A stretch of 64,000 nucleotides of DNA from Octopus vulgaris (GCA_951406725.2 OX597817.1:34286001-34350000), one strand, 5' to 3'. Shown: positions 12,700 to 25,295, counted from the stretch's first letter. Numbers and translations are program-made. Notes: generated by a model from the letters alone, not told the origin.

Positions 12700-14700
12700 A
12701 TGATGACAGGGACCCCCCCCCCACCTATTGGCCCATCAGATATCATTGCTGAGATACTTAGAATATCTGGCAGTGTGGGTTATGGTCTAGTTACCCGTAT
12801 TGTAAAGCAGGTGGTTCACAGAGGAGTCATACCCAATGATTGATGTAGCAGCATCGTAGTCAACTGCTACTAAGGTAAAGGTGATGCCTTTATAAATTAT
12901 TACAGAGGTATCAAATTGTTGGATCAGGTGATGAAAGTTACAAAGAGAGTCATAGCCCAACTAATTAGGGAGAGACTTAGCCTAGATGAGATGCAGTTTG
13001 ATTTTGTGCCTGGGAGAAGCACAACTGATGTTATATTTCTGGTAAAGCTGCTGCAGGAGAAATACCCAGCCAAAGATAAATCTCTGTACTTGGTTTTTGT
13101 TTACTTGGAGAAAGCCTTTGACAGGGTCCTATTACCCCTTATCTGGTGGTCAATGCAGAAACTAGGGATAGACAAGTAGTTGGTGAGAGCTGTGCAAGCC
13201 TTGTACAGGGACGCTACCAGTAAGGTGAGGGTTGGCAGTGAGTATGGTAAAGATTTCAGAGTACAAGTAGGGGTTCACCAAGGATCAGTGCTAAGACCCC
13301 TCTTGTTAATCATAGTCCTCCAGGCAATAAGAGAGGAATTTAAGACAAGCTGTCCCTTGGAGCTGATGACCTTGCTCTTATAGATGAATCACTACCAGAA
13401 CTAGAGAAGTTCCAGGTATGGAAGCAAGGACTACAATCAAAAGACCTTAGAGTTAACGTACCAAATTCTTAGTAAGTAGGAAGGTAGTCAAATCACAAAT
13501 CCCTTCAGGTAGATGGCCCTGCTCAATCTGTAGAAAAAGCATAGGTAGAAACTTCTTAAGATGCATCTTGTGTAAGCTTTGGACTCATTAAAGGTGCAGC
13601 AACAATAGAGGAAGGCTAACAGGGAAAATAGATTCTATCAACTGCCAGAAGGGAAAGCTAGAGATAGTAGATAGCTTCTGTTATCTAGGTGACCAAGTTA
13701 GTAGTGGAGGTGGATGCTCTGAGAGTATAGCTGTGAGAATAAGATTAGGCTGGGCAAAGTTTAGAGAGATCCTACCTCTACTGGTAACAAAGGTCCTATC
13801 TCTCACAGTGAAGGGCAGATAGTATGATACCTGTGTGTGAACAGCTATGCTACATGGCAGTGTAACATGGGCTGTGATAACCAAGGACATGCATAAGCTT
13901 GAAAGAAATGAAGCCAGTATGCTTCGCTGGATGTACAATGTCAGTGTGCATGTTCAACTGAGTTTAAGCATCTTCAGAGAAAAATTAGGCATAAGAGACA
14001 TCAGATATGGTGTGCAAGAGAGATGACTGCATTGGTATGGTTATGTGATGTGTATGAACAAGGACAGCTGTGTAAAGAAGTGCCAATCTCTAACTGTGGA
14101 GGGCATCTGTGGTAGAGGTAGGCCTAGGAAGACATGGAATGAGGTGGTGAAGCATGATCTTTGAACTTTGAGCCTCACAGGGGCAATGGCTAGTGGCTGA
14201 GACCTTTGGCAATATGCTGTGCTTGAGAAGACCCATCAAGTCAAGTGAAATCCTAGTCGTGCCTGATACTGGTGTCATGTAACTGGCACCAGTGCCAGTG
14301 GTGTGTAAAGAGAACCTTTTGAGCATTGGGCCTAATGGAGGCAAAGTGGTTGAGTTCTTTTCAAGCATTGGACCTCACGGAGTCAAAGTGTCTGAGTTCC
14401 TTTCAAGTGTTGGGCCTCTTGGAGGCAATGACCGAGACCTTTGGCATTATACCATGTTTGAGAAGAAGGCCCATCAAACTGAGCAAAATTGCAGTTGTGG
14501 CAGATACTAGTGTTATGTGCCAATGACACATAAAAACCTCCATTACACACTTGGAATGGTTGGTGTTAGGAAGGGCATCAAGCTGTAGAAACCATGCCAG
14601 ATCAGACCGGAGTCTAATGCAGCCTTCCAGCTTGACAGCCCTGGTCAAACTATCCAACCCATGCCAGCATGGACAATGGATGCTAAATGAGGATGATGAT
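12700..14700 (+). mobile_element. 5'-truncated RTE LINE with pseudogenised reverse transcriptase, 3'UTR and (GAT)n tail
   Basis: QFDFVPGRSTTDVIF, YLEKAFDRV, GVHQGSVL, FCYLGDQ, RGRPRKTW motifs with stops and frameshifts. Confidence 0.92.
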
Positions 14701-14721
14701 ATATATATATATATATATATA

Positions 14722-14882
14722 TCATCATCATCATCATCGTTTAATGTCCGCTTTCCATGCTTTGACTGAGGGCTGGCAAACCAGATGGCTGCACCAGGCT
14801 CCAATCTTGATTTGGCAGAGTTTCCACTACTGGATGCCCTTCCTAATGCCAACCACTCCGAGAGTGTAGTGGGTGCTTTTTA
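14722..14882 (-). mobile_element. RTE 3' tail, tail-to-tail with the long copy
   Basis: (atc)n gtttaatgtccgctttccatgc..ggatgcccttcctaatgcc..gtagtgggtgct. Confidence 0.85.
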
Positions 14883-14885
14883 TTG

Positions 14886-14920
<35 letters not shown>

Positions 14921-14925
<5 letters not shown>

Positions 14926-15479
14926 ATATCAAGCACACATCCACAAGGTACGTGTTTTGCTAGTTCATGGATAGGCTGTGTTTATAGACATAAGACACTA
15001 TATTCTCTTATTCCTATAAGCACAGCTTACCCACAAACTAGCAAAATACATACTTTGTGTGTGTGTGTGTGTGTACTTGATATTGTTTATATCCCTTGAG
15101 CTGTTTTTAACTCATATTTGAATTTTTTCCATGGTATGAAATGTGAGGACATACTAGCAGATATTTTTTTTTTTACATCATTTTGCATATAGTCATTGCC
15201 AGTAATTTAGCTTGCATTGGGCCTCATTGTGGGTACATGGTATTGACAAGTCACAAAAATGATGAAACAGCAATGTCTATCACTCCTGAATGGGATCTAA
15301 TGTGAGTTATCTTGCTTGTCTATGACTTGCAGGTGTTTTAACACCAGGCGCATTGAAGGGAATGTATTCCCCTATGCCAATAAGCACAGCCTACCCACAA
15401 ACTAGCAAAGCACATACCTTTTGTATGTGTGTTTGATATTGTTTACATCCCTTGAGCTGATTTTAACTCCTATTTGAAT
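14921..15479. repeat. Inverted plus tandem partial repeat set (Penelope-like layout)
   Basis: 15001-15123 and 15365-15479 are direct repeats; 14921-14987 is an inverted copy of the same unit. Confidence 0.7.
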
Positions 15480-15484
15480 ATATA

Positions 15485-15945
15485 TCATCATCATCATCAT
15501 CATCATTTAATGTCCATTTTCCATGCAGGCATGGGTTGGACGGTTTAATTGGAGTTGGCAAACCAGAGAACTGCACCAGGCTCCAGCTGTCTGTTTTGGT
15601 ATGGTTTCTATAGCTAGATGCCCTTCTTAGCACCAAGTACTTTACAAAATGTTCTGGGTACTTTTTATGTGACAAAATATATTTATAAATATATTTGTAA
15701 ATGTATGTTTAACGTCCGTTTTCCATGCTAGCATGGGTTGGCCAGTTCAACCGGGGTCTGGGAAGCCAGGAGGCTGCACCAGGCTCCAGTCTGATCTGGC
15801 AGTGTTTCTACAGCTCGATGCCCTTTGTAACGCCAACCACTCCGTCAGTGTAGTGAGTACTTTTTACGTGCCACTGGCACAGGTATCACAACTACTATTT
15901 CCATTTGATTTTTTTATTTTGATGTTGATGTACTTGACTCAATAG
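15485..15945 (-). mobile_element. Two adjacent RTE 3' tails (15485-15672 old, 15707-15945 younger)
   Basis: RTE tail consensus present twice. Confidence 0.8.
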
Positions 15946-16394
15946 TGGTAATCATTACTCAGAGTTTCACTGTCATCTACATCCTTATTCTTCATCTCTA
16001 TGTTCACCTTCACTCCATCTTTCACTGTCTAACCCCTACCTCATACTCCTTGAAATCACCCACTCTCTCCTCACCTCTCATGACCCACTGACCGTATATT
16101 CTCTTATGTGCACCTTGTTGTTCCTTGAGAGTTTTCTCTGGTATACTATCACTACCTTCCTGTTATTTCTTTCCCAACTACTCCCACCAATGTGTATAAT
16201 AGGGGTTAGCAATGTATCTCCCCTATAGTAATACACCCATGCTTTAGCCTTACTCTATCTCACTTGAGCCTTTCATCATTCAGCGTAAAGAAATCTTTGT
16301 CTCTCAAATACTCCCTATTTAGTAGTGGAAGCTTTCCCCATTCCTTCTTATTCTTTTTCAATCTTGCAATTTACTTGCCAACCTCAACTGGGTT

Positions 16395-16567
16395 AGTGGC
16401 ACACTAAAAAAAGGCACCTGTTACACTCTGTAAAGTGGTTGGCATTAGGAAGGGCATCCAACTATAGAAACCATGCCAAAGCTGACATTCAAGTCTGATG
16501 TGGCCTTGTGGTTCACTGGATCCTATCAAACTGTCCAACCCATGCTAGCAAGGAATGTGGACATTAA

Positions 16568-16613
<46 letters not shown>
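16395..16613 (+). mobile_element. RTE 3' tail with long (GAT)n
   Basis: gtggttggcattaggaagggcatcc..cccatgctagca..(gat)n. Confidence 0.8.
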
Positions 16614-16614
<1 letters not shown>

Positions 16615-17524
16615 ATATGTATTATAGAGAGGGGGAGAGTGTCCGGGACTGGTAATGCCATTACTCAGAGTTTCACCGGGTGGTTATGTATTGTCTCTGA
16701 TAGAGATGTTCATGATGATCATCAGACAACCAAAACGCATACATATAGACCTTTTGGGAGCCATTTTGGAATCTTTGCTTCCTGTCATGTGCAACATAGT
16801 GTAGGGAGGATAATTAGCTCTGGAGTTGGTGAGTTGCTTCCCTTAGTTCAATTGAATGATAATTTTCAAAGTCCATAAAATTTAAAATAAAAATATATAT
16901 TTATAAGATTAAAAGAAAAATAAATAAAATAACTAATATTTCAGAAAATAAAAAAAGAAGAGAGTAGTAGCTGGATTCGTAAGGGCTTAAGCCAGTTATA
17001 TCTGTGTCGAGAGGATTCGTTTGAGTTTATGTTTTATAAGCAGCTGTGAAGATCAAAGTCCAAAAGCTAGTCATCACTTACAAGCAAGTATGGCTTGAGA
17101 AGATAAATCTTGCTTTTATTGAGTCTGCTTTAGGGGCTGATGTAGTGGTAAGCAGACATAGATGCCTTTCTTACTCCCCTGCCCTTTGAGGCTGCAATAC
17201 ATCAAACTCTGGCTCTTTGAGGGAGAGGGGTCTCCACTTGAATTCAGCTGGGTAGACTGTTGAGATCATCATCATCAGAAGCAGCAGCAGCCGTCCAAGA
17301 ATTTGGACCTGGAGATCTCCATTTCCAGCGACTTCGAGGGCCACCTCCCAGTGGTGCCAGACGTCAACGAAGAGCCCTCGACTACAACAAGACAACAAAA
17401 AATTTTTTTTGTTTTTCCAAGGTCTGGGGTCTCCCGCCCCTAAGCCCTAGACCATCACCTAATCACCCTTACCCGTCTTGTTACTTAACAACAACAACAA
17501 CAACAGCAGCAGCAGCAGCAGCAA

Positions 17525-17840
17525 CATCATTTAAGATCTGTTTTCCATGCTGGCATGGGTTGGATGGATTGATAGGAGCTGGCAACCCAGAGGACTGCTC
17601 CAGGATCCAGTCTTCTGTTTTGGCATGGTTTCTACTGCTGGATGCCCTTCCTAATGTCAGTCACCTTACAGAGTGTGCTGGGTGCTTTTTATGTGGTACC
17701 AGCATAGGTACTTTTTCACATGACACCAGCTCTGGTGAATTTTTTATATGGAACCAGCATGAGTGCCTTTATATGTAATGCTGACTTAGGTGGTTTTTTT
17801 ATATGGCGCTGGCATGAATGCCTTTTTACATGATGCCAGT
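17525..17840 (-). mobile_element. RTE 3' tail with short tandem subrepeats
   Basis: RTE tail consensus followed by repeated tttttatgtggnaccagcat-like units. Confidence 0.75.
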
Positions 17841-17864
17841 GGTTAAATTTTAAAATATATATAT

Positions 17865-18156
17865 GTGGAGGCGCAATGGCCCAGTGGTTAGGGCAGCAGA
17901 GTCGCGGTCGTAGGATCGCGGTTTCGATTCCCAGGCCGGCCGTTGTGAGTGTTTATTGAGCGAAAACACATAAAAAGCTCCACAAGGCTCCGGTAGGGGG
18001 TGGTGACCCCTGCTGTACTCTTTCACCACTCTTTCTCCTACTCTTTCTTCTGTTGGCCTGCTCGCTTAGCCAGCGGGGTGGCGTCATTCGAAGGCTAAAA
18101 CAATGCGAACGCATTGTGACCAGCGATGTGTAACAACATCTGATGGTCAGGTCGGT

Positions 18157-18163
<7 letters not shown>
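17865..18163 (+). mobile_element. tRNA SINE, head C with tail iv ending in (TA)n
   Basis: ggaggcgcaatggcccagtgg A box, gtttcgattcc B box; near-identical to 23911-24200; CpG-rich, so probably young. Confidence 0.88.
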
Positions 18164-18203
<40 letters not shown>

Positions 18204-18332
18204 CAAAGCAAATGTAGGATGGAATCAAGGTTGGAATCTATGAATAAGTTCACTGCTCCACACTGGCTGCAGTCCACTGAATGAAACAGGTAAAAAGAAG
18301 TAAAAAAATAAAAGAATGTAAATATATATATT

Positions 18333-18646
18333 GGAGACCCCCTTCAGTCATGAATGTTACCCTCCGAGGTACAAGTCCAGACACGGTTGTTTATGGAAGA
18401 CCAGAAGTCGCCATGCATACCAGCCTCCTCTCTCCATGCAACCGATGTTATCCAAGGGAAAGGCAAAGGCCGATACAGCTTGGCACCAGTGACGTTGCAA
18501 CTCATTTCTACAGCTGAGTGAACTGGAGCAACGTGAAATAAAGTGTCTTGCTCAAGAACACAACACACAGCCCAGTCCAGGATTCGAACTCACAACCTCA
18601 CGGTCATAAGTTCAACGCTCTAACCACTGAGCCAGGCACCTTCCAC
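18333..18646 (-). mobile_element. tRNA SINE, head B (CORE-like) with tail type iii
   Basis: Minus: tggctcagtgg..gttcgaatcc..gtgttcttgagcaagacactttatttcacgttgctccag, then a tail not shared with the other head-B copies. Confidence 0.8.
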
Positions 18647-18763
18647 AGACACATATATATATATAATCCAAACATGAAAACACAAAGAGAAAACACAACA
18701 ACGCGAGGATGTGGAACAAGTATAGTGTTCTTGGACACTCTGGAAAGGAAAGAAAGAAGGAAG

Positions 18764-18798
18764 ATTTAACATTTCGAGTGGAGCTCTTCGTCGGAAAT
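18764..18798 (-). ncRNA. Variant minimal hammerhead motif (CCGACGA core) in a pLTR-like fragment (~18668-18856)
   Basis: Minus: AUUU CCGACGA A GAGC ucc ACUC GAAA U GUU AAAU; flanks homologous to the 5295-5430 fragment. Confidence 0.45.
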
Positions 18799-18853
18799 AT
18801 AGAAAAAGAAACATCCAAGGAAGGGAAGACGGAGAAATAAAATCGCCAATGAT

Positions 18854-18910
<57 letters not shown>

Positions 18911-18913
<3 letters not shown>

Positions 18914-19139
18914 TCATCATCATCATCATCGTTTAACGTCCGTTTTCCGCGCTAGCACGGGTTGGACGGTTTCGACCGGGGTCTGGGGAGCTAGGGACTG
19001 CCCCAGGCTCCAGTCTGGTCTGGCAGTGTTTCTACAGCTGGATGCCCTTCCTAACGCCAACCACTCCGCGAGTGTAGTGGGTGCTTTTACGTGCCACCTG
19101 CACAGGTGCCAGAGGGGTCTGGCATCGGCCATGATCGGT
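18911..19139 (-). mobile_element. Young RTE 3' tail abutting (TA)n
   Basis: RTE tail consensus with CpGs retained. Confidence 0.88.
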
Positions 19140-19846
19140 TATTGCCTTTTTTTTTTCGTTGCATTGCGGCAGGGGGAGGTTTCCGGCAGAGAGAAGAGAG
19201 GGAGAGAAAGTGGGGGGGAGTGCATGTAATATAGGGGAGCACCAGTGAGGAAGGTTTGGGGTAAAGAGAAACGATGACAGGTAGGGTTGGTGGCAGGTTC
19301 TAGACAGAATGAAAAGTAGGAGGTAAAACGTAGGATATCACGAGTGGGGGAGGGGGCTGGAAGGAGATAGCCGGTTGAGGCAGTGACACATTTCAAAACA
19401 GGAGGAACATAGGTTAAGTGGGACGTTTGATGAGCTGCGGCGCTAGCTACTTCTGTCTAGGGGGAGAGAGGCAGGGGTAAATACACAGTGAGGAAGTATA
19501 TTGAGGGGGAGGGGTAGGAGGAACAGACACACGTAGTGGTGACGGTGGTAGAGGGGATATCCGGTGAGGATGGTGTAAACAGAGTGTTCTCCGGTAACGG
19601 TGGTGGGTGGGTGGGGCGGGCGAACCGCGAATGGCGGGCTGCGAAGATTTTGATTGGGGACAGTAGTGATAAAGACTTAACTTGGTACCGAGGGGGTTAG
19701 ACAAATTAAAGGGTTATATTTTAAGAACAAGCAGAATTAGTGAATAGATTCGAACATTTAAGGGTTAGCGGAAGAAATGAAATGAAATGAGAATTCTTAG
19801 CTTGCTTGCTGTGATCATTGCTGTATGGTCAAGAAAGGGTGAAAGA

Positions 19847-19895
<49 letters not shown>

Positions 19896-19959
19896 TTGTA
19901 TTGCATAGCAAATCATTTTACTTTTTGATATGTACACATTCTGTCTTTTTTTAGGTTAA

Positions 19960-20202
19960 CCCTTTAACTGTGAAATGAAATTTCATGGTTATTCCAGTAA
20001 TGCTGTTAAATATCTACCAAAAAATAGAATTGGTATTTTCTGCAAGTCCCATTTCTTCAATAAACCTGACATATTTCAACAAAAAAATAGTTTCAAACAT
20101 GATATTTTACCACAAAAGATAGGTTAGTATATAAAGCTGCTTCCTGCAGTTAAGGGTAATGAAATTTTGAGTGGATGTATCTGATTTCCGCAGTTAAAGG
20201 AG
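19960..20202. mobile_element. piggyBac-like MITE, degraded right end
   Basis: TTAA|ccctttaactgtgaaat versus atttccgcagttaaagg inverted ends. Confidence 0.5.
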
Positions 20203-20718
20203 TCAATTTCTACAAAATAGTGTCCAGTGTTATTTTATGGGATTGTATGTCTTGATTAAGATTAGCATTAAGATAATAATTGTTTATACTCTGTGATCTT
20301 CAGTTTTTCTCTGAATTTTGATAGAATGTACAAAGAACAAAATTATAGACTGAATTATTATGATTTCAATATAAACAATCTTGAGTATGAGTCATTTACA
20401 AACAACAATTTCAGATTATGAAAGAACAATGAGCCCCCAATAACAGTGAATTAAACCTCACATATCTTGGTTACTGAGCTATTTGGATTAGAAAATGAAA
20501 CTCTTCATAAATAGGTTGCTGACAAATTCTAGATAAGACAAGTGAGAATGGTATCAAGTTATTTGTCACTTACTCTAGTTGTTAGGCTTTTATTTGGGTG
20601 GATGAGAAATGCTAACTCACTGTGATATAAATCACAGCATGGAAACAAAGCGATGTGTGGATTGGTTCTTCTTGTTGGTTTATTTTATTTTCACATCTTC
20701 AGTTTTTGTTGATGTATA

Positions 20719-21096
20719 GGCTTAGGAGTGGCTGTGTGGTAAGTAGCTTGCTTACGAACCGTGTGCTTCCGGGTTCAGTCCCACTGCATGGCACCTTGGG
20801 CAAGTGTCTTCTACTATAGCTTTCGGCTGACCAAAGCCCTCTGAGTGGATTTGGTAGATGGAAACTGAAAGAAGCCTATCGTATATATGTATGTGTGTCT
20901 GTGTTTATCCCCCAACATCTCTTGACAACCGATGCTGGTTTATTTACATCCCTGTAACTTAGCGGTTCGGCAAAAGTGACCGATAGAATAAGTACTGGGC
21001 TTACAAAGAATAAGTCCTGGGGCTGATTTGCTCGACTAAAGGCAGTGCTCCAGCATGGCCACAGTCAAATGACTGAAACAAGTAAAAGAGTAAGAG
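20719..21096 (+). mobile_element. tRNA-derived SINE family A
   Basis: Full family A consensus. Confidence 0.9.
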
Positions 21097-21272
21097 TATG
21101 TTAATGTTTAATATTGTATGGTGTGCACACATACACATCCACTTGCACACACACACATACACACATAAGATGATCCAGTGAGAAAACCTCTATGTAATCT
21201 TCAAGAAACAGCAGCCAAATTTTCCTCTAATAATGGGATACCATCTATAAAGAAAAGAATAAAAGAACATAT

Positions 21273-21997
21273 GGGCACAGGTATGGCTGTGTGGGTAAGA
21301 AGCTTGCTTTGTAACCATGTAGTTTTGGGATTTAGTTCCACTGCACAATGATTTGGGCAAGTGCCTTCTGCTATAGCCCTGGGTCAACCAATGCATTGTG
21401 AGTGAATTTAGTAGATGGAAACTTTGTGAAAGCTCATCATGTGTGTATGTTTGTGTGTGTTCCCTACCACTGCTTGACAACTGTTAGATTGTTTATGTCC
21501 CAGTAACTGAGTGGTTCAGGAAGAGAATAATAAAATAAGTACTGGGCTTAAAAACAAGGAATGGTTGTGAGGTAAGTAGCTTGCTTACCAATCACATGGT
21601 TCCGGGTTCAGTCCCGCTGCGTGGCACCTTGGGCAGGTGTCTTCTACTATAGTTTCGGGCTGACCAAAGCCTTGTGAGTGGATTTGGTAGATGGAAACTG
21701 AAAGAAGCCCGTCGTGTGTGAATATGTTTGTGTGTCTGTGTTTGTACCCCAACATCGCTTGACAACTGATGCTGGTGTGTTTATGTCCCCGTAACTTAGC
21801 AGTTCGGCAAAAGAGACCGATAGAATAACTACTAGGCTTACAAAGAATAAGTCCTGGGGTTGATTTCTTCGACTAAAGGCGGTGCTCCAGCATGGCCGCA
21901 GTCAAATGACTGAAACAAGTAAAAGAGTAAACCTTTCAATGCAGTATCTCCGGCATGGCCATATTCCAATGATTGAAACCAGTAAAAAATAAAAAGA
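21273..21997 (+). mobile_element. Old family A SINE interrupted by a younger family A copy (21563-21930)
   Basis: Diverged head and body 21273-21555, young copy, then the remaining diverged tail 21931-21997. Confidence 0.75.
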
Positions 21998-22839
21998 TGC
22001 TTGAGGTAGGAATGCCTTTGTTTATAGATCTGTTTGATCAGTGCTGACCTGAAGCTAAACAACAGCAGCAAGATCATTCGAGTGATAATGACTGTTAGAA
22101 TGCTTCTGGGAACTAGAGCACATAGTAAAAGCCAGTCTTTATTCCAAATGCAGCCAAATTAAACAGACAAGGGAAGAACCTTTTCTGGATATGGTGCCAG
22201 CGTTATTGTTAAATGACGTGATGATTTTTATCTGTGAAGAAGATAAAGGGAATTGTTCTGTCGCATTGTAGCAGGATGAGAGTTTGGAAAGGTTATAGGT
22301 GCCACCCTTCCTTTTCTCATGAAAATGTAATATATATATACACTCACATATAGACAAAAACAAATGGCATTGAAGTTAAAAGTAACATTTAAAAAAATGA
22401 TACTCATAAGTCTGAGGACCAGAGCTAACCTGTAATGTAACTGTAAGCAATGTCATTTTTCATATGTGATGTAGTGGTGTTGCAAAATTTTACTTGTGCA
22501 TATTAATTTCCATTGCGTCCTTTATATTGTATGAAAATTTCATGCATTTATTTGTAAAGTTAAGCAAGTTATTAAAAATTGAAATCCATCACTTACTTTT
22601 GGGACACCCTGTATAAATACTTACTTTACTTTCTGCTTTTACTTGTTTCAGCCAGAGGTTGTGGGCCATGCTGAGATACCACCATTGGTGTGATTGCTAG
22701 TTTATTGCATTTCACTTTTATGGCCCTCCTTCCAAGTTTGTTTCTAGTGAATCAAATGAGTTGGACAATACAACTTTTATTTGCATCTTTTGTTAAAATG
22801 TAGGACCATCGAATATTTCAGATAAACATTTGTCTAAGT

Positions 22840-22964
22840 CAGGCTGGCAAGGACACTGAGATGGTGTCGGCCCTTCTGGTGACGTCAATGATCGCCTGGG
22901 GCTAAATGCATCAGTAACACCATGTCCCTAGCCACATTCAGATGGCTGATCCCCCTTATGTTAT
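22840..22964. mobile_element. 125-bp GC-rich insertion with a 12-bp TSD, family unknown
   Basis: atttgtctaagt at 22828-22839 and 22965-22976. Confidence 0.6.
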
Positions 22965-23097
22965 ATTTGTCTAAGTGTTTTTTTGAACACATCCACATCT
23001 ATGCCTCATAGATCTGAGGGTTTTTTTTAGCAAAGTATTAAAAAGCTGTGGACCCTCAAACCCCAGGTTGTTTTAGTATTGGGTCCTTACTCTGGAT

Positions 23098-23793
23098 CAT
23101 TGGTTCTCAACCATTTTTTGCCTGTGGACCTGTTTGATTCCTGTTTTACCTCACTGGACGCCAATAACCATTTGATGTTTAAAAAAAATCCTGTTATATT
23201 TTTCATCATTGACATCATCATCGTCATCATCATCATTTAACATCCATTTTCCATGCTGGCATTGGTAAGCAGTAGAGCTGCACCAGGCTCCACTCATCTG
23301 TTTTAGCTGGATTTTTTACTATGACTGGATGCCCTTCCTAATCCTTACCACTCCATAGGGTGTACTGGATGTCTTTCATGTGTTACCAGCATGGGTGCCT
23401 TTTATGTGTTATACCAGCACAGATGCCCTTTATGTGTTACTGGCACAGGTGCTCTTCATGTCGCTGGCACGGGTGCCTCATGTGTGTCACTGGCATTGGC
23501 CATAACTACAATTTCACTTAACTTGACGTATCTTCTCAAGCACAGCAAACCGCAAAAAATCTTGGTCACTTGTCATCACCTCTGTGAGACTCAACATCCA
23601 AAGATAATATTTCACCCCCTCAACCCATGTCTTCTTGGGTCTACCTCTTCTACAGATATCCTCCAGAGTTAGCGATTGAAGTTTTTACAATGATTTGTAA
23701 AGTATGGAACTATAACCAACTTATTGCACATAAATCTTATATACCCCTTTCCCCTACCTCAAGGGTCATGTGGACCCCTGTTGAGAACCACTG
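23098..23793. mobile_element. hAT (Charlie-like) MITE with a nested antisense RTE fragment (~23210-23680)
   Basis: TIRs cattggttctcaac / gttgagaaccactg; 8-bp TSD ctctggat / ctctagat. Confidence 0.8.
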
Positions 23794-23876
23794 CTCTAGA
23801 TAAGGAGGCAAGATTTTTGGCACTATGCAGATACATCCAATAGCTTTCAATTCTAAAGTAAGTCTTTTAGACCTTC

Positions 23877-23910
<34 letters not shown>

Positions 23911-23913
<3 letters not shown>

Positions 23914-24193
23914 CACAATGGCCCAGTGGTTAGGGCAGCGGACTCGCGGTCGTAGGATCGCGGTTTCGATTCCCAGACCGGGCGTTGTGTGTGTTTATTG
24001 AGCAAAAACACCTAAGAGCTCCACAACGCTCCGGCAGGGGGTGGTGATTCCTGCTGTACTCTTTCTCTCACTCTTCGTCTGTTGGCCTGCTCGCTTAGCC
24101 AGCGGGGTGGCGTCATTCGAAGGCTAAAACAATGCGAACGCATTGTGGCCAGCGATGTGTAACAACATCTGATGGTCCGGTTGGTCACGTGAT

Positions 24194-24200
<7 letters not shown>
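23911..24200 (+). mobile_element. tRNA SINE, head C with tail iv, between (TA)n tracts
   Basis: Matches 17865-18163. Confidence 0.88.
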
Positions 24201-24246
<46 letters not shown>

Positions 24247-24250
<4 letters not shown>

Positions 24251-24520
24251 CATCATCATCATCATCGTTTAACATCTGTTTTCCATGCTAGCATGGATTG
24301 GACGGTACAACCAGGGTCTGGGAAGCCAGGAGGCTGCACAAGGCTCCAGTCTGATCTGGCAGTGTTTCTACAGCTGGATGCCCTTCCTAACGCTAACCAC
24401 TCCATGAGTGTAGTGGGTGCTTTTTATGTGCCACCAGCATGGGTATCACAACTACAATTTCCATTTGATTTTTATTTTGATGTTGATGTACTTGACTCAA
24501 TAGGTCTCCTCGAACACAGC
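24247..24520 (-). mobile_element. RTE 3' tail between (TA)n tracts
   Basis: RTE tail consensus; same subfamily as 15707-15945. Confidence 0.88.
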
Positions 24521-24521
24521 A

Positions 24522-24575
<54 letters not shown>

Positions 24576-25247
24576 AGATAAAAATACACATAAAGTACAG
24601 GGCATTACGAACAAGTGAAAAATATGTAAACACATAACAGGAGACAAGTACAGAACAAAATACCAAAAGAAGTCTAACTCCTCCTCAGTTGTCAACTGTT
24701 TATTACTTCCTATTTTGAGCTTTCAAAGGCAAGATAGGAAAACTTCATAAGACAGCAGCATCCAGAAATTTTAAATATATGAAATTTGTGGAGAGTTAGG
24801 GCTTTGAAAGAACAAACAACAGAGTGGATGTACAGAGTAAACAATCAAATAAGGACAAACATTAAGGGCCATTAGGCTAAGACAAATTGTAGTGGGTAAT
24901 GCCTGGGATAAATAGAAGAGAAGAAAATAGTAGAAGAGAAAAAATGTTTGGAGGCAAGAGAAATGACGTCCAGCTAGATGGACATCTGGTCCAGAAAAGA
25001 CAGAGGCAAGAGAAAACTGGCCTGTAGTCACGTGTGACCAACAGGCAGAGAGGAAGGGGGACAAGAGAGAGGATGGTGGGGAACAAAGGGTGTGGGGAGA
25101 AGGGAGCACTTTACTCGAATAATGGAACTGCAACTACAATATTTTATATGTTTTTTCTACTTTCATTCTCCTATTTCCCTCTGTTTCCCCATCTCCTCCT
25201 TTTCCATAATAATTTCCTCATTTTGAACTCATTACCTCTCTCACATC

Positions 25248-25295
25248 GTCTCTGATGAAGGGATATCCATAATATCCCAGAAACAGCTGTAAGAC
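25248..25295 (+). ncRNA. Type I hammerhead ribozyme motif with palindromic stem III (Penelope-type)
   Basis: GUCU CUGAUGA A GGGAUAU ccaua AUAUCCC a GAA ACAGCUGU A AGAC; stem I 4 bp, stem II 7 bp, GUA cleavage triplet (predicted cut after 25291). Confidence 0.7.
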
